A stretch of 64,000 bases of DNA, taken from the NCBI GenBank assembly GCA_963667175.2, contig CAXXXF010000015.1, forward strand, positions 416,001 to 480,000, written 5' to 3'. Within the stretch, counting starts at the first letter, position 1. Each line of letters starts with the position of its first letter. Shown one piece after another: positions 19,405 through 27,864 of the stretch. The notes below the pieces were generated by a model. The model made no database searches and was not told the DNA's origin. It saw only the letters and a list, made by a program, of their open reading frames with translations. Position numbers and translations under genes: made by a program. Source of the stretch: Candidatus Latescibacterota bacterium (GTDB lineage Bacteria; Latescibacterota; UBA2968; GCA-2709665).

Positions 19405-22400
19405 ATGCCGGACGCGCGAAAAAGGCCGCCTCCTGCCGACGTCGGGGCGCGCATCCGGGCTCTTGCCGATCACGAACGCACCATGCTCGTCGAGGCGGGC
19501 GCCGGCAGCGGCAAGACGGCGCTCATGGCCGGCAGAGCGGCGTTGCTAGTGGCCGGGGGGACCGCTCCGAAGAACATCGCCGCCATCACCTTCACCGAAG
19601 CGGCTGCCGCCGAGCTTCTGGAGCGGATCGAACGCATCGTAAGGGATCTCGGTTCAGGCGTCGTGCCGACCGAACTCGCGCCGGCCCTGCCGTCGGGTTT
19701 GAGTGCGGCGCAACGCGCCAACCTGAAGAAAGGCGCCGGCACGCTGGACGAGTTGACGTGCGCCACCATCCACGGATTCTGCCAGAAACTGATCGCGCCG
19801 TATCCGGTGGAGGCGGGTCAGGACCCGGGCGCAAAGATCATTGATCCCGGCACGGCGGATCTTGTCTTCGCGGACCTCGTGGACGCCTGGCTCTCGGCGC
19901 GGTTCGGTCGGGATCCGCAGCAGGACGGCCTCGGGCGCACGCCTCCAATTGAGCCTGCAAACGCGAACGGGGAGGACCTCTTCGCCGCGCTGATGCTGAA
20001 GTCGCCGGACCGGACCCTGAATCTGATCAGGAGCGCCGCGCAATTCCTCAGGAACCACCGGACGGCCGGGGCGGCCGATTCAGAAGCCGATCGGCAGGCC
20101 CACGGGAGGTTCCTCGATAGTGTCCGCGTTTTCGCCGCCTGGTACCGCGACTGCGGCATCGAAGAACCGGATACGGCCGTTATCGTCGAAGACCTCCTGG
20201 ACGTGGTGGAAGCATTGGGCGAACCGGTTCCCGGCGTCGTTCCGGGCGAGCGCCTCGCGCAACTGCTCCACCACCGGCGGCCGGCGGCCTGCAAGAAAGG
20301 CGATACGGAATTCAAACAATGGCGGGCGAAGGGGAAATGGCGAACCGGGGCGAAGGGCGCCGGTCATCGCGCTTCCGACGGAGAACGTCTGTTCGCCGCA
20401 GGTTCGGAGTTGTACGACGCATGCAGCGATAGGTACGTCGCGTTTTGCGACGCCCTCGGCAGCATCGCGTTCCGGCGCTTCGTTGGCGAGTTCGACGACG
20501 TCAGGAAGCTGTACCGCGACTTCAAACGCGACGCGGCCCTGCTCGACTTCGACGATCTGTTGTACCAGGCCCGGGATCTCCTCAGGGACCACGAATCGGT
20601 CCGCAGGGCCCTGGCCCGGCGCTACCCCCGCGTCCTTGTCGATGAATTTCAGGATACCGATCCCCTGCAGGCCGAAATCATCTGGCGATTGGCCGGAGAG
20701 GGCGATCCGAAGAACCCCTGGCAGGAACGCGCGATTCGTCCGGGCGCGCTGTTCCTTGTGGGAGACCCGAAACAGGCGATCTACAGGTTCCGCGGCGCGG
20801 ACGTCCGGACGTATCTTGCAGCCAGACGCGCGCTGTCGAAGAGCGATTCCGCGTCGATCCTCAGCATCACGGCGAACTTTCGCTCGCGGGCGCCCATTCT
20901 GGATTTCGTCAACCGGCACTTCGCGAGCATGCTGGAAACGCAACGAGGTCAGCCCGGGTTCACGGCGCTCACGACAACGCGCGACGCGGACGACGTAACG
21001 ACCGGCGCGAGCGTCGCCGCCTTCGAACTCGAAATCGACGAGGATCAAAAGACGGGAAGGGGGCGACTGCTTGCCGATCGGGTTCGCGATAAAGAGGCCG
21101 GCATCGTCGCCGATGCCGTATCCAGGCTCATCGGCGCCTATACCGTATACGACAAGGATGAAGATGCAACGAGACCCGCGCGGCCGGACGACGTGGCGCT
21201 GCTTGCGCCCACCGGTACCAGCCTCTGGATCTACGAGCGGGCGCTCGAGGAAAAGGGCATCCCGATCGCCACGCAGGCCGGCAAGGGCTTTTTTCAACGG
21301 CAGGAAGTTCAGGACCTGATCGCGGTTGCCCGGGCGATCTCGGATTCCAGGGACACGCTGGCGTTCGGCGCATTGATCCGCGGGCCGCTGGTGGGCCTTT
21401 CCGAAGAGCAGATTGCCGACGAAATTCTCGCGTTGCGAGTCTCCACGGAACGCGCCGGGCGCCTGGACGTCGATACCGATCCTTCCCGTGTCGCGAGCCC
21501 GGTTTTGTGTCAGACGCTGAACGTCCTGCAACACCTGCGGATGAAACGCCATGGCACGACGCCCTACCAGATCATGGCGGAGGCGGTCGAAGCGCTGCAC
21601 GTTCGACCGATTCTAAGGGCGCGCCATCGGGGGGGCGCCGAACGCGCGCTTGCCAACGTGGAACTGATCCTTGAGATGGCGCGGCAATACGCGGGAAGGG
21701 GCATGGGAGACTTCGCCCGCGCGCTCCGGCAGAGGTGGGAAGACGAGGAAGCCCAGGTGGAGGGTCGGCACGACGCGGTGACCGAAGCCGTTTCGATCAT
21801 CACCATGCATTCGGCCAAGGGCCTGGAATGGCCCATCGTGATCCCCATCAATTCGACAACCAGCCTGAGGCGCGAGGACGGATTTCTGTACAGGCGGCGG
21901 GACGACACCGTCCATTTCAAAGTCCTTGGCTTTGCGGACACCGAATATGAAAAGACCAGGCTGGAGGAAGCGGAAGAACTCGCCAGGGAGCGCGTGCGGC
22001 TGTGGTACGTTGCGCTGACCCGCGCGCGGGACCTGCTGCTGCTCCCCAGGCAGAGTGAACGCAGCGGATCAGACTGGTGGCGCCTGATCGATATCGACGT
22101 GGATTCCCTCCCGGCTTTCGATGCCGGACGGTTCGACGTCACTGAAGTGATCCCCCACACGCCGGCGTCCAACCATCAGGACGCGGCGACGTGGAAACGG
22201 GAGCATGCGGACGTCGCCGCCAACCTGCGGAAGATAACCTGGCGCCGTCCCAGCCGGCACGAAGACACGGGACAACGGGAAGCGGAACCTGCAACCGTGT
22301 CGTCGGGCATCGAGATCGCGGACGAGACCCATGACGAATGGAATGGCTGGAGTAACGGACAGGAAAGGCTCAAGCGGGGTCTGATCCTGCACAAGCTGAT

Positions 22401-22854
22401 GGAGGAAGCGCTCACCGGAGAAACGCCGGATGAGGAAGGTCCGTTGCGCGCACGCGCCGCGGAACTCATCGACCAGCAGGGTCTCGAGGACGCCGCGAAC
22501 CCGTCGTCCCATATTTCCAGCGTCCGGATGGCGGCCATGGTCGTCCGCACCCTGAACCGTCCGGAGATCGCGGCCCTGCGCCCGCGCCTGGTACCGGAAT
22601 GCTGGGTCTACGGCAGCGACGACAATGGGCGGGAGACGTCGATCACGGCGGGTATCGCCGATGCCGTTGCCGTTGACGAGCAAGGTCGCATCGACGTGGT
22701 GGTGGACTGGAAGAGCGACACGGCGCCCAGGGAGAATCAGATACGGTCGTACCGCGAACAGGTTCGCAAATATCTGGAAGCCACAGGCGCGAAGACCGGG
22801 CTTATCGTATTCCTCAATTCGGACCGCATCGAGACGGTTGTGGGGAGAAACTGA
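19405..22854 (+). CDS. AddA-like UvrD/SF1 helicase with C-terminal RecB-type nuclease
   Basis: EAGAGSGKT, ITFTEAAA, TIHGFC, VDEFQDTD, VGDPKQAIYRFRGAD, TMHSAKGLEW, YVALTRAR, GIADAV...VVDWKSD. Confidence 0.9.
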   Translation: MPDARKRPPPADVGARIRALADHERTMLVEAGAGSGKTALMAGRAALLVAGGTAPKNIAAITFTEAAAAELLERIERIVRDLGSGVVPTELAPALPSGLSAAQRANLKKGAGTLDELTCATIHGFCQKLIAPYPVEAGQDPGAKIIDPGTADLVFADLVDAWLSARFGRDPQQDGLGRTPPIEPANANGEDLFAALMLKSPDRTLNLIRSAAQFLRNHRTAGAADSEADRQAHGRFLDSVRVFAAWYRDCGIEEPDTAVIVEDLLDVVEALGEPVPGVVPGERLAQLLHHRRPAACKKGDTEFKQWRAKGKWRTGAKGAGHRASDGERLFAAGSELYDACSDRYVAFCDALGSIAFRRFVGEFDDVRKLYRDFKRDAALLDFDDLLYQARDLLRDHESVRRALARRYPRVLVDEFQDTDPLQAEIIWRLAGEGDPKNPWQERAIRPGALFLVGDPKQAIYRFRGADVRTYLAARRALSKSDSASILSITANFRSRAPILDFVNRHFASMLETQRGQPGFTALTTTRDADDVTTGASVAAFELEIDEDQKTGRGRLLADRVRDKEAGIVADAVSRLIGAYTVYDKDEDATRPARPDDVALLAPTGTSLWIYERALEEKGIPIATQAGKGFFQRQEVQDLIAVARAISDSRDTLAFGALIRGPLVGLSEEQIADEILALRVSTERAGRLDVDTDPSRVASPVLCQTLNVLQHLRMKRHGTTPYQIMAEAVEALHVRPILRARHRGGAERALANVELILEMARQYAGRGMGDFARALRQRWEDEEAQVEGRHDAVTEAVSIITMHSAKGLEWPIVIPINSTTSLRREDGFLYRRRDDTVHFKVLGFADTEYEKTRLEEAEELARERVRLWYVALTRARDLLLLPRQSERSGSDWWRLIDIDVDSLPAFDAGRFDVTEVIPHTPASNHQDAATWKREHADVAANLRKITWRRPSRHEDTGQREAEPATVSSGIEIADETHDEWNGWSNGQERLKRGLILHKLMEEALTGETPDEEGPLRARAAELIDQQGLEDAANPSSHISSVRMAAMVVRTLNRPEIAALRPRLVPECWVYGSDDNGRETSITAGIADAVAVDEQGRIDVVVDWKSDTAPRENQIRSYREQVRKYLEATGAKTGLIVFLNSDRIETVVGRN

Positions 22855-23009
22855 GGAGCCAATCCGTTCGTACGCTCATCGATGTTTTGAAGGTGTCGGA
22901 GGGAACGGTAGAGAAGCGGCTGCCAGGTGTTTTTTCAATTGGCGTTTGGCTACGATCCGCATTACCACGTTTCAGCAACAATTGTCAATCTATCCTGTTG
23001 GGAAACCAC

Positions 23010-24191
23010 ATGCGAATTGTCCACGTCAATCAATTCTATATCCCAGGACTGAGCTACCAGGAGAACATCCTCCCTCATGAACAGGCGAAGCTGGGTCACG
23101 ACGTGTGGATCCTGACCAGCGACCGCCTGCCGCATCCGAAAAAGTACCCCGAGTCCAGGGGCCGCCTGTCGAAGGGAATATCCAGGGAAGAATCGGTACG
23201 CATCTGGAGGTTGCCCTCAATCGTACCCATAAAGAGCAGGGGCCAAGTGTATCTTCGGAACCTGAACCGTACGATCTACAGACTTCGACCCGACGTTGTC
23301 AACACCCATGGGTTAAGGTTTTTTCCCGTACTTCAGGTTTTATCCAAACGCCCGTTTTTCGTCCACGTCGGTGATGACCATTCGGACAACGGCAATCTGC
23401 CCACGGGACCCGGGAACATCATTCGGTTCGGGGTCGGAAAACAGGTGTGCAGAAAAATCGGGCGCCTCGGAGGCAAAGTCTTTACATCCAATCCTTTTGC
23501 CGAATGGTTTGTAAAGCAGGTGTACGCCGCGCGGCCGGAATGCGTGCACCTCCTTCCATTAGGCATCAATACGAAGACATTTTATCCCGATTCGCTCAAT
23601 CGCAAGGAATGGCGAGCCAAATTGGCAATTCCCGACGACGCGTGCCTGTTCATCACGTCCGGACGGCTGACACCGGGCAAGGGATTCGAGCTCTTTTTGA
23701 GGTCCTTCGCGGAGGTCCACCGCCGGCGCCGGGCAACAAGACTCGCGATCGCCGGATCGGGAACGCCCGAATACGAGGCGCAGCTCCACGGACTCGCGAA
23801 TGAACTGGGCATTGGGGACGTTGTGATTTTTTTGAATTGGATGGCTGAAGGCGATCTCCGCGCCTGTTACAATGCGGCTGACGTGGGCGTGATGCCGGGC
23901 AAGCTGGGAGGGATGAAGGAGATCCTCGGTGTCGGCCGCCCTCTCATTGCGCCCGAGCATCTGGCAACAGCCTATCTCGTGGAAAGAGGAAACGGCCTGA
24001 CGTTCACCCCCGATAACGGCACAAGCCTCATCCGGGCGATGCGGCGCTATGCCGAGAGTCCCGACCTTCGAAAAGACCACGGAGAAAATTCCCTTCGGGT
24101 CTCTCGTAACCAGCTCTCCTGGGCGCGAATCGCCCGTGACAGCCTTCAAGTGTATGAGGGCATGCTGGTCGAATATTGCGAAGATCGTTAG
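23010..24191 (+). CDS. Glycosyltransferase family 4
   Basis: MRIVHV start, GHDVWILT, SGRLTPGKG, YNAADV, LSWARIA. Confidence 0.85.
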   Translation: MRIVHVNQFYIPGLSYQENILPHEQAKLGHDVWILTSDRLPHPKKYPESRGRLSKGISREESVRIWRLPSIVPIKSRGQVYLRNLNRTIYRLRPDVVNTHGLRFFPVLQVLSKRPFFVHVGDDHSDNGNLPTGPGNIIRFGVGKQVCRKIGRLGGKVFTSNPFAEWFVKQVYAARPECVHLLPLGINTKTFYPDSLNRKEWRAKLAIPDDACLFITSGRLTPGKGFELFLRSFAEVHRRRRATRLAIAGSGTPEYEAQLHGLANELGIGDVVIFLNWMAEGDLRACYNAADVGVMPGKLGGMKEILGVGRPLIAPEHLATAYLVERGNGLTFTPDNGTSLIRAMRRYAESPDLRKDHGENSLRVSRNQLSWARIARDSLQVYEGMLVEYCEDR

Positions 24192-24222
24192 ATGCCCGGA
24201 ATGGGGGTAAAGAAAGGGAAAA

Positions 24223-24822
24223 ATGAAGAGCCTTGATCTCGGATGCGGACTGAAAAAAGCCGCAGGGACGATCGGTCTGGATATCTGGCGAGAATCCAAT
24301 GCGGACGTTGTGGCCGATATGGACGGACCACATCTGCCTTTCAGGGACGACGTTTTCGATAAGGTACAGTTGATCCACGTCATCGAGCATATCGAGGATA
24401 CGATTCATCTGATGAATGAGATCGGGAGGGTTACCGTCGACGGCGCCATCGTTGAAGGCGCCACGCCACACTTCTCATCGTCCGGTTCCTACGCCGATCC
24501 GACACATTGCCACCATTTCGCCTGCCGGACATTCGATTATCTGTCGTTTTCTGCGGACAGACGCGGATTCATCTACCGAGTCCTGAGTCGGGTTTACAAT
24601 CCGGGTCCGATCAGGCTCAGGACCTGCGGTCCATTCAGGTTCCGCAAGGAAACCGTTCGACTGAGATTCAACAGGGTTTTCGCGTGGATCGGCATCGAGC
24701 GTCTTGCAAATGTCTATCCTGAGTTTTACGAGGCATTCTTTGCCGGTCTCATTCCCGCCAGAGAAATCCTCTTTCAACTCAGGACCGTCAAGAACCAGAC
24801 CGGCGGGAAGGTGGATGATTGA
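24223..24822 (+). CDS. SAM-dependent methyltransferase (type 11-like)
   Basis: LDLGCG, LPF.DDVFD, HVIEH, DPTH. Confidence 0.8.
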   Translation: MKSLDLGCGLKKAAGTIGLDIWRESNADVVADMDGPHLPFRDDVFDKVQLIHVIEHIEDTIHLMNEIGRVTVDGAIVEGATPHFSSSGSYADPTHCHHFACRTFDYLSFSADRRGFIYRVLSRVYNPGPIRLRTCGPFRFRKETVRLRFNRVFAWIGIERLANVYPEFYEAFFAGLIPAREILFQLRTVKNQTGGKVDD

Positions 24823-24909
24823 ATGAAACCCGTCGATCCGGCATCTTCCGATCTTCACACCCGTTCTTTTTCGAAAACCACTCCCGGACATTGATTTCAG
24901 GCGCCAGTC

Positions 24910-25228
24910 TTGCCTGATAACGCACCATTGCTTTCCGTCATCATCGTCAATGTCGACACAGCGAAGTGGCTGAAGCCATGCCACGAATCGCTGCAGGAAC
25001 ACGACATTTCCGAATCGATTGAAGTGGTGGTCGTGGACAATGGATCCGCTGACGTGGTGCGGCAGGATTTCCCCGATGTGAAACTGGTGACGCTGGAAGA
25101 AACGGTCGGTTTCGGCACGGCGAACAATTTCGGCGCGACGCACCCCGCGGCGCCTGTTCTTCTCTTTCTGAATCCGGACACCAGAACGGTCGAACGCAGC
25201 CTGTCACAGTTGTTGCGGAGATTTGAGG
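24910..25228 (+). pseudogene. Truncated duplicate of the GT2 gene at 27033
   Basis: Near-identical to 27033-~27315 with a 12-bp in-frame deletion (DNGSGDGSAD becomes DNGSAD); homology ends at ~25228. Confidence 0.8.
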
Positions 25229-25625
25229 TAAGTATGTGGTGCACCACCCAACTAGAACCCCTGGGCTTATCTCCAATAGCCCAGGGCTTGATTTATGTGG
25301 GTCCGGCCCGTATATTGTATTTTTCGTATCGGCCATCAGGCACAGTTTAGCGGGTTGGACACGGCATGACATTGCGGCCGTCAAGAGCAATCAAACTCTG
25401 TAGTTCCGCCTTCTTCTCAATTGCCGGATGCAACGTTGTAGGGACCCGTGCCGTGACGTGGTCTTTCAAATTCGATAAATCCCCTGGATCTCGAAGAGAG
25501 CTCCGGGGTCGGTGCGCTGTAGATTCATAGCCCCTCTCCTTTAAATCCCCTCATAAAATTCGACTTCTGCTGATTTAATACCAAATTAAACCAGTAGCAG
25601 GCGATTCAACTCGAGTGCTGATCGT

Positions 25626-26540
25626 ATGCCAAATACGTCTGAGTCATTTAATGAAAAAAGTTACCAATCCCACTCTGGTCATTTTGAACAGTACAAAAAA
25701 GGCGGGAATAGGGCGTCGCTTGCAAGAACATGGCTTGACCAAAATACCGTTGATTCCTGGAGGCATAACAGACACTATAAAGCGCTAGATCCCATCCTTA
25801 TTTCCGCAAAAGACTCCAACTGGCTAACCGTCGGAGACGGGCGCTTTGGAAGAGATGCGAGATATATTCTCGATCAGGGAGTTAAAGCGCTTGCAACTGA
25901 TATTTCGGATTCTTTGCTTAAGGAAGCTAGAAATGACGGGTATATTAAATATTACAAAAAAGAAAATGCGGAGCGTTTGTCATTTGAAGATATGGAATTT
26001 GACTATACCTTATGCAAGGAATCTTATCACCATTTTCCAAGGCCCATGATTGCTTTATATGAAATGCTGCGCGTTTCAAAAAAGGGTATCTTGTTGATAG
26101 AACCGAATGATGATTTTATTTCTGACAGTTTATTGACAGGTCTTTCAAGAAATATAAAGATTGTCATTAAACGATTATTGGGTAAAATTGCAGATAAGCA
26201 CTCTTTTGAAGAAACGGGGAATTTCGTTTATCGCATTTCGCAAAGAGAAATGGAAAAAGTAGCTTTAGGTTTAAATTATCGCTATCTTGCAATTAAAGGA
26301 ATTAATGACATTTATCTTGAAGGGGCCGAATATGAACACATTTCTGAAAATGGTCCATTACTGAAAAAGATAAAAACCATGATCAGAATAGCAGATTTTC
26401 TGTGTAATCTCCGTCTGATGACATACACCTTACTTGCTATATATATATTTAGAGAACAACCTTCAAATCAGATTTTGCAGGAATTAGATAAATCAGGTTT
26501 TAAGGTCATCGAGCTTCCCGGAAACCCTTATATATCCTGA
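25626..26540 (+). CDS. Class I SAM-dependent methyltransferase in an AT-rich segment
   Basis: WLTVGDGRFG, ATDIS, NAERLSF.D.EFDY, KESYHH, EMLRV; visibly far more AT-rich than flanks. Confidence 0.82.
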   Translation: MPNTSESFNEKSYQSHSGHFEQYKKGGNRASLARTWLDQNTVDSWRHNRHYKALDPILISAKDSNWLTVGDGRFGRDARYILDQGVKALATDISDSLLKEARNDGYIKYYKKENAERLSFEDMEFDYTLCKESYHHFPRPMIALYEMLRVSKKGILLIEPNDDFISDSLLTGLSRNIKIVIKRLLGKIADKHSFEETGNFVYRISQREMEKVALGLNYRYLAIKGINDIYLEGAEYEHISENGPLLKKIKTMIRIADFLCNLRLMTYTLLAIYIFREQPSNQILQELDKSGFKVIELPGNPYIS

Positions 26541-26549
26541 CCTTTGGCC

Positions 26550-26762
26550 TAACAGCCCGTTGAAAAAGTCCATCCGGGCTGCCTGCCTGTGCGTTCGCAC
26601 GCAGACAGGCGTCCGGCCCTTATGGCCGAAATACGGCGTTACCTGCCTGCAGCAGGCAGGCGCTCCCTCCCCGAATCCAGGGATTCGCGTCGGTCGCGCG
26701 TCTTGTCTTCGGCCACAATGGCTCGGCCTCGCCTGCAGAGCGACTTTTTCAACGGATTGCTA
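26550..26762. mobile_element. MITE-like non-autonomous element
   Basis: Terminal inverted repeats TAACAGCCCGTTGAAAAAGTC / GACTTTTTCAACGGATTGCTA, ~210 bp, no transposase. Confidence 0.7.
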
Positions 26763-27032
26763 AAGATCTGCCTCCGTGCTATCCCCTTGACTGCCTCCCC
26801 CAGCCTCCCTAAATCGATGACGCTACCAATCATCATCAATGCAGGGGGGCCCTTATTATTTCAGAGCCCTTGATCCCGGACTATGAGGTATTGCGCATAT
26901 GCCTGGTTGCGCAGTTGGCGTTGTCCGTATCCAATTTACATTGAAGCCCCTTCTACTTCAATTAAGATAGGCACAATCTCCATCCGAATGTGTTGGCAGT
27001 CCATATCCAATCCACGATCCGAGGCGTCAGTT

Positions 27033-27860
27033 TTGCCTGATCACGCACCATCGCTTTCCGTCATCATCGTCAATGTTGACACAGCGAAATGGCTGAAGCC
27101 ATGCCTCGAATCGCTGCAGGAACAGGACATTTCCGAATCGATTGAAGTGGTGGTCGTGGACAATGGATCCGGTGACGGATCCGCCGACGTGGTGCGGCAG
27201 GATTTCCCCGATGTGAAACTGGTGACGCTGGAAGAAACGGTCGGTTTCGGCACGGCGAACAATTCCGGCGCGACGCACTCCGCGGCGCCTGTTCTTCTCT
27301 TTCTGAATCCGGATACGAGGCTACGCAAAGGGAGCCTGTCGTCGATGTTGCAGAGGTTCGCGCAGCAACCCGATTGTGGAATCGCCGGCGGAATGGTTTT
27401 CGACGGCAAGGGCCGGTTTGAACGTTCTACGGGATCGTCCCCGACACTGTTCAGTATGGGCCTGGGCCGTCTTCTCAAAACCCTTCCGCCGGTCCGCCCG
27501 CTTCTGGGACGTTTTACCCATCAGCACTGGACCGGCTACGATAAACCCCGCCGGGTGGACTGGGTTACCGGCGCTTATCTCTGGATACGCAGGGACGTAT
27601 TTGAAAGAGTCGGGGGATTCGACCCCCGGATTTTTATGTACTGTGAGGACGTTGACCTCTGCTTTCGTGTCCGGCAACTCGGATTCGAGGTCCGGTTTTT
27701 TCCTGAAACGCCGATCACTCATTACGGCGGCAAATCCCGCGTGCCGCGCCCTCGGAAGAAGATGCTGTACGAAAGCCTGCGCTATTTCGCCGACAAGCAC
27801 TACAAGTCTCCCAGATATTGGTTGACACGATGCGTCTTCCGAATCATGTCAAGACGATAA
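27033..27860 (+). CDS. Glycosyltransferase family 2 (rhamnosyltransferase/WbbL-like)
   Basis: LSVIIVN, VVDNGSGDGS, GFGTANN, LFLNPDT, VDWVTGA, GGFD..IFMYCEDVDLC; probable TTG start. Confidence 0.88.
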   Translation: MPDHAPSLSVIIVNVDTAKWLKPCLESLQEQDISESIEVVVVDNGSGDGSADVVRQDFPDVKLVTLEETVGFGTANNSGATHSAAPVLLFLNPDTRLRKGSLSSMLQRFAQQPDCGIAGGMVFDGKGRFERSTGSSPTLFSMGLGRLLKTLPPVRPLLGRFTHQHWTGYDKPRRVDWVTGAYLWIRRDVFERVGGFDPRIFMYCEDVDLCFRVRQLGFEVRFFPETPITHYGGKSRVPRPRKKMLYESLRYFADKHYKSPRYWLTRCVFRIMSRR

Positions 27861-27864
27861 CGCT

